From Octopus bimaculoides (Eukaryota): a stretch of DNA of 64,000 nucleotides. The notes below the pieces were generated by a model, which was not told where the DNA came from, searched no databases, and saw nothing but the letters and a program-made list of their open reading frames with translations. This document shows, piece after piece, positions 1 to 9,678 of this stretch; the first letter of the stretch is position 1, and every line of letters starts with the position of its first letter. The stretch is taken from positions 42,311,604 to 42,375,603 of the forward strand of contig NC_068994.1 in the NCBI RefSeq assembly GCF_001194135.2, in the 5' to 3' direction. Both the position numbers and the translations under genes were made by a program.

Positions 1-755
1 TGTGTGTGTGTGTGTGTGTTTGTATATATGCATCATATATATCTATATCCGTATTGATATTTATAATCACACATATTTAGATACATAGGTATGTAGGTGT
101 CTGCTTGAAATTACACACAAGTATGATACACTGCTACAGACACACAAACGCATGTATGCACATATTGCAGCCATACTCCTCTTCCACATCCTCCTCCACA
201 TCACCATCATCACCATCATCATAATCACATACATCAGCAGCAGCAGTCAGGTTTCATGTTCAATATCAAAGCGATTCTAATGACAGATTTCTAAAGAACA
301 CAGATTCAGGAAAAACATGAGAGAAGACAAAGACTGTAGATGTAAACAAAGTGCTATTTTGTTGAGTATCACAACTTTGATTAACATAACAAAAGAATTG
401 AACCCACACAGACGTGACTAAGACATACAAACATTTTGAAAATCAGCCTATTTATCTATCTATCTGTCTGTCTGTCTCTGCGATACTGTATGAAAGGGTT
501 TGCATTTCAGTTTCTTTAGTTGTAACCTATAATTAATGTGAATGCGTATTTGTGCAATATATAATATATATGTATACATATGTATATATGTAAATGTATA
601 TCTTTATGTATATCTACATATCTATCTACAATTACATCTCTCTCACTCTCTCTCTCTCTCTACACACACACCCACATACACATATATATATATGCATATA
701 TACATATGCATATATATATATATATATATATGCATATATTTATAAATATAATTAA

Positions 756-967
756 GGGATCAGCAAATATTTGCTTCACCATATACCGAAGTTCAGAAAT
801 AGCAGCTAAAAAAGCTGAGAATCCCACAGCTTCACCATAAACCGAAGTTCAGAAATAGCAGCTAAAAAAGCTGAGAATCCCACAGATAGCTATCTGTGGG
901 ATTCTCAGCTTTTTTAGCTGCTATTTCTGAACTTCGGTATATGATGAAGCAAATATTTGCTGATCCC
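756..967. repeat. Spacerless palindrome with a 56-bp tandem duplication in the left arm, flanked by TTAA (possible Kolobok-like MITE or assembly fold-back)
   Basis: 841-889 is the exact reverse complement of 890-938 (centre GATAG|CTATC). 773-828 is duplicated at 829-884. The ends read TTAA-GGGATCAGC...GCTGATCCC-TTAA. An N-gap starts at 1014. Confidence 0.6.
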
Positions 968-1364
968 TTAATTATATTTATAAATATATATGAGCTTTTA
1001 AATAAGTTCTCCANNNNNNNNNNNNNNNNNNNNNNNNNNNNNNNNNNNNNNNNNNNNNNNNNNNNNNNNNNNNNNNNNNNNNNNNNNNNNNNNNNNNNNN
1101 NNNNNNNNNNNNNNNNNNNNNNNNNNNNNNNNNNNNNNNNNNNNNNNNNNNNNNNNNNNNNNNNNNNNNNNNNNNNNNNNNNNNNNNNNNNNNNNNNNNN
1201 NNNNNNNNNNNNNNNNNNNNNNNNNNNNNNNNNNNNNNNNNNNNNNNNNNNNNNNNNNATATATATATATATATATATATAAACATACGCACAGACATTT
1301 ATATAAATATAAATGTGTGTATGTATGTTTATATATTATTTATATATGTTTATGCATACTGTTT

Positions 1365-1678
1365 TAATTGTTTCAGTCATTTGACTGCGGCCATGCTGGG
1401 GCACCGCCTTTAGTCGAACAAATCAACCCCAGCACTTATTCTTTGTAAGCCCAGTCCTTATTCTATCGGTCACTTTTGCAGAACCGCTAAGTTACGGGGA
1501 CGTAAATACACCAGCATCGGTTGTCAAGCGATGTTGGGGGACAAATACAGACACACACACACACACACTCATACACATACACTTATATATATACATATAC
1601 GCTGGGCTTCATTCAGTTTCAATCTACCAAATCCACTCACAAGGCTTTGGTCGGCCAGAGGCTATAGTGGAAGATACT
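1365..1678 (-). mobile_element. tRNA/CORE-type SINE (family A), 5'-truncated, with internal (CA)/(TA) microsatellite
   Basis: Reverse complement matches the full-length copy at 12155-12541 (aaagccttgtgagtggatttggtag, gaataagtactaggcttacaaagaataag-like block, ccagcatggccgcagtcaaatgactgaaac). Confidence 0.85.
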
Positions 1679-1733
1679 ATATGATAAAGCCAAGTATTAA
1701 TTATTGGTTCCTAAACACATGTCACCATTGCAG

Positions 1734-1822
1734 CTATTTGGAACTTAGAATTGGATGTTCCAAGTACATTTGGGTTAGGGATCCAAATGCACTTGGAACA
1801 TCCAATTCTTCATTCCAAATAG
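1734..1822. repeat. 89-nt near-perfect inverted repeat (hairpin)
   Basis: ctatttggaa(1734-1743) pairs with ttccaaatag(1813-1822). 1747-1773 pairs with 1783-1809 with one mismatch. The loop is 9 nt. Confidence 0.85.
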
Positions 1823-1853
1823 GAAAAGAAAATGGGAGGAGCAGTGAGAGAGA

Positions 1854-1890
<37 letters not shown>

Positions 1891-2178
1891 NNNNNNNNNN
1901 GAGAGAGAGAGAGATAGAGAAAGAGAGAGAGAGTGAGTGAGAGAGAGATAGTATAATGGAGCAAAAACTGCATAAATGACAATAAGAAACATAATGATGC
2001 TAGGCTTGCAGTAAAATATTTAGAACAAAATAAAACAAGATGGGAATATGCCTCATATTTGATGGATATTCTGTTCACCCTCCTCACATACACATGTAAT
2101 ATATGTGTATCTATTTATATATGTAAATTGTATGTGTATGTATATATGTACATATACATACATATGTATAAATGTGTG

Positions 2179-2211
<33 letters not shown>

Positions 2212-2244
2212 GTATGTATATATATATTATGTATATGTATATCT

Positions 2245-2249
<5 letters not shown>

Positions 2250-2330
<81 letters not shown>
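2250..2330. repeat. (TA)n microsatellite within a larger TA/TG low-complexity tract (2100-2455)
   Basis: Direct inspection. Confidence 0.95.
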
Positions 2331-2343
<13 letters not shown>

Positions 2344-2456
2344 TATATATATATAATGTGTGTGTATATATGTGCATACATATATAATATATATGCGTGT
2401 GTGTGTGTGTATATAAATAAAAAGTGTGTGTGTGTGTGTGTATGTATGTATTTATA

Positions 2457-2870
2457 ATATTTACAGAAGACACTAAGCTCCAGAAAGTTAGCCACTAAGA
2501 TGATGCAATAAAATCCAGTCTGATCTATATTTTCCAAATCAATGCACACAATCAAAAACAGTATGTAACAAGACAGAAGGAAATTTGAAGCTATGCACTT
2601 TGGGAAAAATGTTTTTAAACAAGCATATTGTCTTCCCTTAGGAGAACTGTGCATGGCTTCTGATACTATGAGAGACCTGACAACTTGAATTGGAACATCC
2701 ACATCAACAACAAAGTTGATAAGACATGTAGGATTATAAGCTCCTGGGCCATGAGAACTTTCAGACCTAGAGGGCCAGATAACATCACTCGTATTTAGTA
2801 GGGTCACACTAAGAAAACCGTTGCCTACTGTAGTCTCCACTTACTAAACAAAGCATTATGTGAATTAATA
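2457..2870 (+). pseudogene. CR1/L2-like LINE reverse transcriptase C-terminal remnant (frameshifted, stops)
   Basis: Translated pieces IFTEDTKL (FADDTKL-like), [17 protein letters not shown] and [28 protein letters not shown] match the CR1-clade RT C-terminal pattern (L.W..HI..K..KA....W..RTF). Confidence 0.75.
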
Positions 2871-2894
2871 CACCTTAGAAGACAATTAATTACG

Positions 2895-3370
2895 AATGCA
2901 GTGTGCAGTGTGCAAGAAAGATAATTAGGTTGGTATAGCATGTGATGCATATGGACAAGGACAGCTGTGTAAAGAAGTGCTGATCTCTAATTGTGGAGGG
3001 AACCAGTGGAAGGAGTAGATTCAGGAAGTCATGGGATGAAGTGGCGAAGCATGATCTATGAACATTTGGCCTCACAGAGGTAATGACAAGTGACTAATAC
3101 CTTTGGCAATATGCCGTGCTTTAGAAGACCCATCAAGCCAAGGGAAATCGTAGTCATGACTGATACTAGTGTCACACAACTGGCACCCATGCCAGTGACA
3201 TGTAAAAAATCACCCTTCAAACATTGGGCCTCACAGAGGCAATGATAATTACCTGAGACCTTTGGCAATACACCATACTTGGAAAGACCCAGCAAGCCAA
3301 GTGAAATTGTAGTCATTGCTGATGCTGGTGCCACATAACTGGCACCTGTGACAGTGACATGTAAAAAGTA
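2895..3370 (+). mobile_element. RTE-clade LINE 3' fragment (family B) with ~160-bp internal tandem duplication
   Basis: HVMHMDKDSCVKKC*SLIVEGTSGRSRFRKSWDEVAKHDL resembles the RTE ORF C-terminus. 3061-3220 is repeated at 3221-3370. Confidence 0.75.
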
Positions 3371-3786
3371 TCCATTTCACCCAGCAGGTATCAATCAGTA
3401 AAATCAATTTCACAAAAACCACGTACAACACCTGTAATTGTGCTGTAATTGTTTTTGACCCACATGCTGTGAACCTTTTGGACATGGTGAGCAGAATTAA
3501 ATTTTACATGTTTTACCTGCTGGGTGCCTGTTGTTCACTCTTGTATACACCTAACTGGTGTGGACTTGCCTATTGGTCTCTACTGGTTTTGAGTTGTAAA
3601 ATGTGCCCGAGGGAGATGAAGAACTTTGAGCTTTAACTCTAAATGGTGTTAAATCATTTCTGTCCTATATGTATGTATGTATATGTATATATATATATAA
3701 ATCAGCCATTAGCAACAGTAGCAATATTTGTAACAAATAATAATCAGTACAAATAATATAATTAAATGTGTTGACTAGATCACCTT

Positions 3787-4122
3787 CAAACTTCTATTAA
3801 CATCCGGAGTTATCATCTGATGTTGACGATTTGTGCTCATGAAGCACTGACTATATTGGCTGATGAAAATATCCCCCACACCATATCACGTGATTTCACC
3901 ATTTTCTCCAGATTAGATTATCAGCAGTACCTCAGCTTCACAGCAACTGATTTTTATTCTGAGCTGCTGCTGCTACTGATGATAGACAGCAAACAGTGAA
4001 GTCATGTGATAGAGTTGTGATATCCACTCATACAGATGATTATTTCAATCAGCTGATATAGTATGCTTAATGAGCTTCTGTTGTCAATTCGTCATGGTAT
4101 TTCTGGATGTTGATAACAAGTT
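3787..4122. mobile_element. Degenerate palindromic MITE-like element
   Basis: Successive blocks are inverted copies: aacatccggag/ttctggatgtt, gctcatgaagca/tgcttaatgagc, gactatattggctgatgaaaata/tatttcaatcagctgatatagt, tcacgtgatttcac/gtgaagtcatgtga. Confidence 0.55.
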
Positions 4123-4198
4123 AAAGACAATCTTGTCAACACATCCAATTATGTTGATGTGCAGTGAAAGATAAAAGACCACAAAACACCTATAGGTT

Positions 4199-4427
4199 TT
4201 AAGCCATTAGCATTTAAACCGGCCATATCCGGCCCAAATATACTACCTGTTTTTATGTTGAAACCAGCCAGCTTCTCCCTCTCACATCTCTCCTACAAAG
4301 TTATTCTAAAAATAAACAATCACATCATCGAAATCTTAAAGCTAGGAGATAATGCAAGATTAATTCAAAACAACATGATTAAGTAAGCATTACATTTGAC
4401 AGAGTAGTCTGAATACTAAAGTGTTAA
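4199..4427 (+). mobile_element. piggyBac-like non-autonomous MITE, copy 1
   Basis: TTAA at both ends. The body is similar to 43061-43285, which ends in ...atgctaaagggTTAA. Confidence 0.6.
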
Positions 4428-4511
4428 ATGTTTTTATTAATAGTTTGACTCAGAATTGCACCTCTACAAATTTGCCGCCACTAAGAGTATAATTAATTTT
4501 TTTGCCTAGAT

Positions 4512-5093
4512 ATTGTGTTGAGTCAAAAGTTTTGAAATATTTTAGTAACTTATTAGCTTTATTCATCAAGTTACAAAAAACAAAAAGAACAGCCTAGCAT
4601 TCAATACAGAGGCCATTTTGTTACACTGTCCGTACTCCAAACAGCTGCAGCAGATGTATGCTATTGTGTGACAAAAATACCTGGCATTGGTTAACAGAAA
4701 GCAAGCTCTTTTGCAGCAAGACAATGCAAGACCTCATACTGCTAGAATGCCCCACATTAAACTCCACGAACTTGAGGGTAACAAATTGATGCCACACCCA
4801 GCATGTAGACCCGACTTAGCTCCCTCGGATTATGACTTGCTCTGATCCATGGCTCACTTCCTCCTCTCACAATGGTTCATCAACCAAGATGAGGTGGAAG
4901 GCTCAATGAAGGAGTTCTTTGCCTTGAAGGACAAGAACTGGTATCAGCATGAGATCAAAGAACTTGCAGAAATGTGGCTTCAGATGGTATAGCACGATGG
5001 CCTCTATATTGATTGCCAGGCTGCTTTTGGTGTAACTTGACAAATAAAGCAAATAAGTTATCAAAATATTGCAAAACTTTTGACTCAACATAT
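4512..5093 (+). mobile_element. Internally deleted mariner element retaining both TIRs and the transposase C-terminus (D35D spacing)
   Basis: TIRs tgttgagtcaaaagttttgaaatatttt / aaaatattgcaaaacttttgactcaaca. Frame 4633-5010 reads ...LLQQDNARPHTARMPHIKLHELEGNKLMPHPACRPDLAPSDYDLL*SMAHFL...ELAEMWLQMV*HDGLYI. Confidence 0.9.
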
Positions 5094-6242
5094 TATTACT
5101 GCATGGTGAGGTGGCCATGGCTTCTAAATAAGGATGATGTCATTTGATAATAACTGAACCTTTTCCCAAACTGCTATTTTCCAGTAAATGAGAACACTGG
5201 TTATTTGGTGACTTGAAGAGAATGTTTACTCTGCATCTGCACTCCTTCAGGTCCAGTGAAGGGTAAAACTTCCTACCTGTATCATTTTATCTGGAAGCTT
5301 TAAGATCAGAGAAATGACCCTCCCAGTATAACCAGGAACATATTCCCCAATGATGTTCTTTAGGTTTCTAGAGCAGAGCACTCTGTTTTTAAGAGAAACA
5401 CTACTTATATTGTAACAGCCCACTGTATCCCTTAACTCTTGATTAACTAATTTTGTATTGAAATTTCTACTGAAAACAAAAGTAACTATACCTGTGTATT
5501 GTACAAGAGTTGCTCTCCTTCCAACAGCTCTCTAGTATTTGAAATAACTGTTAGTTATTAGAAAATTAATAGCTGCACCAACTGATTTGAACTTGCCTGT
5601 ATGAACAAGCATCATTTTATCAACCAGAGACAATCAGCTTTATTTAGAAGCCATATCTCAGTATTATCACCCACAAATGACCAGACATGCTTTTATCTTT
5701 TTGTTGTTTTTATTTGAGAAACTTTTACTAATGTACATCTTTGTCAAACAATATAATTCTTCACAAATACGTACATATACATAATGCACAAACAGCATGA
5801 GTTATAAGATCGAAGATAAATTAAAGCTGATTTGCATGCAGTTTATAACACCTAACTGGGGAAAGTAAACAGATGTAAATACATCTTGTTATTCTCTTTT
5901 TGTAGACACCCACACATATACAAATAAACATTTTCTTTGCTCTTCTCCACTTATTTTCCATACGAAGCTTCTGTCAAACACCTTATTGATCTAAACATTT
6001 TGAATAGACAAAACACAAAGAAATAACTAAATATACTTCACAATAATTTCATTTATTATTATTTATTAGTATCTAGAAACTGCGTCAAAAACAATAGCCT
6101 TAGCTTTCCCAACATTTTATGACAAATTAACCGTTTGACATCTAACTAGATCTATGTACTTACAAATTACTTTTCTGTATATCTTACCTCTGTGTGTGTG
6201 TATGTGTGTGTGTATACATATACACACATGTATACATAAAAT

Positions 6243-6276
<34 letters not shown>

Positions 6277-6989
6277 GGTGTAAATAATGGTCATTACATA
6301 ATATTCTTTAATTGTAGTATCAACTTACTGCTATTTATGATAGTCAATAGAAGTTTGTTCATTGATTAGTTTACTAAATGTGTGAGTGTGTGTGTGTGTG
6401 TATGTGTATATATACATACATACACATACACACATATATGTATGTATATGTACGTATATATGTATGCATGTTTCTATGTACATATATAAATAGAACAATG
6501 TACTTATCTACTATTAATCTTTCTTTCTTTCTCGGTCTCTCTCTCACTCTTTCACTCTCACTCCCTCTCAAGCTAAAATGTCTCCAGTACAGCTGAAAGA
6601 AATTTTATGAGGCAGAACAAGATACCTTTTAAACTCCCTAAAGCGGCAAGCTCCTCTCCAAATTGAAGATTTAATGTCCAAATGGACCTGAAATCTTCGA
6701 TTTTATACTTTCAATAAAAATAATGGTATAGCAAGAAATTTGAAAAATATTATTTTTCTTCTTTCTTTGTAGAGATATATGGTTTTGAGAAACAACGTGG
6801 TGTAAAAAGCTTTTGGTGCATGATTATGAGAGCACAATTGAACATAATAGCTAATTTCAGACTGGTAGATTTTTTAAATGCTTTATTTCTTATAAAATAG
6901 ACTGACCAGATAACAATATACTTTATATTAAGCCATGATAAGCTTCAGCAGCAAATCTAATGAGCTTTTCTGGCTTTGATTTTTCTTTT

Positions 6990-7545
6990 CTTTTTTTTTT
7001 TTTGTCTGCTATCTGCAAAATTTGTAATAGCATCACTAAAATCAGTTTCTTTGGTAATGCCTGTTTCAGTACCCAGTCATGCTAAATCAGCAAATCAGGT
7101 CTGAGACATGGTAAGTCTTGAAAAGTGTTTGATATATTTAAGTTTGCAGAAAGATCTTTCTGCTATTGCACTTCTAGCTCTAATAGCCAACAATATTGCC
7201 AAACCAACACAAATGTTTGGAAATTTTTCACAAAGTTTGTAGACACTTAATATATTTAGCAATTCAAAATATTTCACTTCTTGTTTTCAAAAATTTGTTT
7301 CATGTACGGATGTTAAATTTAGCATTGCGGTTTCAAAATCTTCATTAAGATTGTGATGAGTTAACTTTTTCATCTTTTTTATTATTTTTCTTTCTTTCTT
7401 GCTTTCCCTCTAAAATTTTGAGCTGTACTGAAACATTAAAACATTCAGTTAATCTACACAGCAATATCAAAATATATGGCTTGTCCGATGTAGAAGCCTC
7501 TGGTGGGTACACAAGGAGGTTCGAAAATAAATTAAGGTTGTTCAT
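6990..7545 (-). pseudogene. hAT transposase C-terminal dimerisation-domain remnant
   Basis: Minus strand reads KFPNICVGLAILLAIRARSAIAERSFCKLKYIKHFSRLTMSQT then FADLA...TDFSDAITNFA, matching the hAT FPN...ERSFSKLK.IK...RSTM.Q.RL..LA pattern. Confidence 0.8.
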
Positions 7546-7555
7546 CGCATTTTTT

Positions 7556-7687
7556 AGGTGCAGGAGTGGCTGTGTGGCACTTTGGGTAAGTGTCTTCTAC
7601 TATAACCTCGGGCCGACCAAAGCCTTGTGAGTGGATTTGGTAGATGGAAACTGGAAGAAGCCCATCATATATATATATATATATATA
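7556..7687 (+). mobile_element. SINE family A, 5' half (split by the Penelope-like insertion)
   Basis: Matches the head of 12155-12541 (with an internal deletion) up to gaagcccatcat followed by (TA)n. Confidence 0.8.
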
Positions 7688-7893
7688 TAACTAATTTAGA
7701 GATGAACCACCACTCTACAACTCAGTCAACTCAGAACTCGTCCAAATCCATGCTGTGAGGCACATACCACCTTAATATATCTAAGATTTAAATCTAAAAA
7801 TTTAAATTAAACAACATATTACATAAATAAATCATAGACATATTAATTTTAAAAATTTAAAAGTCAAATTTATAAATTGGACAGTAAAAATTG

Positions 7894-8136
7894 AATTCTT
7901 TTAAGAACAGAAATTTAATGAACTCTACAGGCCTTAGTAAATACATTTGGGAACTTAAATAAAAAAAAATAATAGAATACGAGTTAAAATGGGAAATAGT
8001 TTGTAAGGCTAAATCATATAGGATAATGAATAAATTCTGCTTATTACGTACTAACGAATTTAAAGAGATATTATTACTAATAAAAAATTGATTTAACTCC
8101 CACGATGAACGTGATATTAAATGCAGACATAACTAA
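7894..8136 (+). pseudogene. GIY-YIG endonuclease C-terminal fragment of the PLE (two in-frame stops)
   Basis: NSFKNRNLMNSTGLSKYIWELK*KKIIEYELKWEIVCKAKSYRIMNKFCLLRTNEFKEILLLIKN*FNSHDERDIKCRHN*. It matches the ST.LSKYIWELK / I.W.I / C.LC / KCRH pattern of PLE C-terminal endonucleases. Confidence 0.8.
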
Positions 8137-8207
8137 TTTATTTATTTAAACCTAGTATTAGGTACCAAATTATAGTTATGATCAGTAGCGTAACATACAA
8201 GGTTTCA

Positions 8208-8637
8208 TAACATTATTTAAGTAATATATAACTTTCGTATTTGGTATAGTTATTATTCTGCGTAAATCTGAGTGTTTTAAGTATTGTAGTATTAATAATC
8301 TTCAATAAACTTTTTATTTTAGGTAGATTTCCTTTTCGATATTTTCGTTATTATTTTAGTAATTATAACACGTATTTACCTCTGGTAATGGACGCCATGT
8401 TTATCACGTGACTTTTCAGGATTAATTTTCCTAACATTATTTACGTAATATAGAATTTTCGTATGTGTATAGTTATTACTCTGCATTAATTTGCAAATTT
8501 AAGTATTTTAGTGTTTTTAATCCTCAAGAAACTTTTTATTTTAGGTAGATTTTCTTTTTCGATATTTTCGTTATTAATTTAGTAATTATAATACGCATGT
8601 GCTTCTGGGTAATAGACGCCATATCACGTGACCTTTT
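8208..8637 (+). repeat. Two diverged ~224-bp tandem copies inside the PLE 3' region
   Basis: 8208-8416 vs 8432-8637 share taacattattt, actttttattttaggtagattt, gacgccat and tcacgtgac. Confidence 0.85.
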
Positions 8638-8966
8638 AGTATAAATTCTATAGAACAGCCATTTTGTTTTAATTATACAGTCACCAGCCGGCAGATAAGT
8701 CATGTTTTCTTAATTTGATTTTATAAACAATATTGACATCCGTCTTTTAGTAACTTTGTACACTAAGACATTTTTTACCATTATCTACTTATTCCATAAT
8801 GTTTTAACCTTGTTTACTATAATATTTTTAGATTGTAATTCTTAATAATTATATTAATAACGTTAATGTAGGGATTAGTTTACAGATTTTGTCTCTTTAT
8901 ATATATTTTTATTTCTCATATTTATGTTTATTCCTGGAATGATTTTAGGTATTTTCTTAGGGATTT

Positions 8967-9081
8967 GACCTGAAGAGTGTCTGATTTTGGGAGTAAAATC
9001 ATTTCCTCGTTCTAATGAACTCGGATAGAATTTGCTTATGATTTAATATAGTCCTATTTCAGCCATGAAATGCACGTAGTC
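8967..9081 (+). ncRNA. Candidate type-I hammerhead ribozyme (possibly degenerate) with extended stem II
   Basis: gac-CTGAAGA(8970-8976)-gtgtctga...tcagccat-GAAA(9067-9070)-tgcacg-TA-gtc. Catalytic core boxes are in the right order. Stem I is gac/gtc and stem II is gtgtctga/tcagccat with one mismatch. Confidence 0.5.
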
Positions 9082-9469
9082 TATGTACTAGCACTAACTT
9101 TTTATATTTATACTTCCATACTGTATATTATCGTATTAATTTTTACTGTCCATTTTATAAATTTGACTTTAAAATTTTCTAAATTAATATTTATATGATT
9201 TATTTATGTAATATGTTGTTTAATTTAAATTTTTAGATTAAAATCTTAGATATATTAAGATGGTATATGCCTCACAGCATGGATCTGGACGGGTTATGAG
9301 TTGACTGAGTTGTAGAGTGGTGGTTCGTCTCTAAATTAGTTATATACATATATATTATATATTAGGAAACCCAGTATAATATTATACCGATTTTTGCCTG
9401 TAAGATTGGAATAAATTTTTTATTCCCTAATATTATTACTACAGATATATATATATATGTATGTGTGTG

Positions 9470-9678
9470 TATTTTTTGCGTGTCTGTTTGTCCCCCCCCC
9501 CCCCAGCATAGCTTGACAACCGATGCTGGTGTGTTTACATCCCCTTAACTTAGTGGTTTGGCAAATTAGACCGATTACTAGTCTTACAAAGAATAAGCTC
9601 TGGGGTCGATTTGCTCGACTATAAAGGCAGTGCTCCAGCATGGCCGCAGTCAAATGACTGAAACAAGTAAAAGAGTAA
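9470..9678 (+). mobile_element. SINE family A, 3' half
   Basis: gacaaccgatgctggtgtgtttacat...ccagcatggccgcagtcaaatgactgaaacaagtaaaagagtaa matches 12340-12541. Confidence 0.85.

Larger units (their letters stand above)
7688..9342 (+). mobile_element. 5'-truncated Penelope-like retroelement (PLE) with inverted pseudo-LTR
   Basis: 205-bp inverted terminal repeat (7688-7892 vs 9138-9342, about 13 mismatches by hand count), GIY-YIG C-terminal coding fragment directly after the inverted arm, hammerhead-like core in the 3' region, TA-repeat flanks. Confidence 0.8.

Noticed and set aside
171-250. His/Pro/Gln-rich frame (HTPLPHPPPHHHHHHHNHIHQQQQS) after a cag
   Set aside because: It is explained by (CAT)/(CAG) simple repeats, stops soon after, and has no convincing donor or homology.
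2115-2840. 241-aa minus-strand ORF, the longest gap-free ORF
   Set aside because: It is the antisense of the CR1-like RT remnant running into a TA microsatellite. There is no protein-like signal on this strand.
8089-8091. In-frame TGA in the PLE endonuclease as possible selenocysteine (some Naiad PLEs are reported to use Sec)
   Set aside because: It is not at a conserved Cys position. The same frame also has a TAA, so the copy is simply decayed. I did not identify a SECIS.
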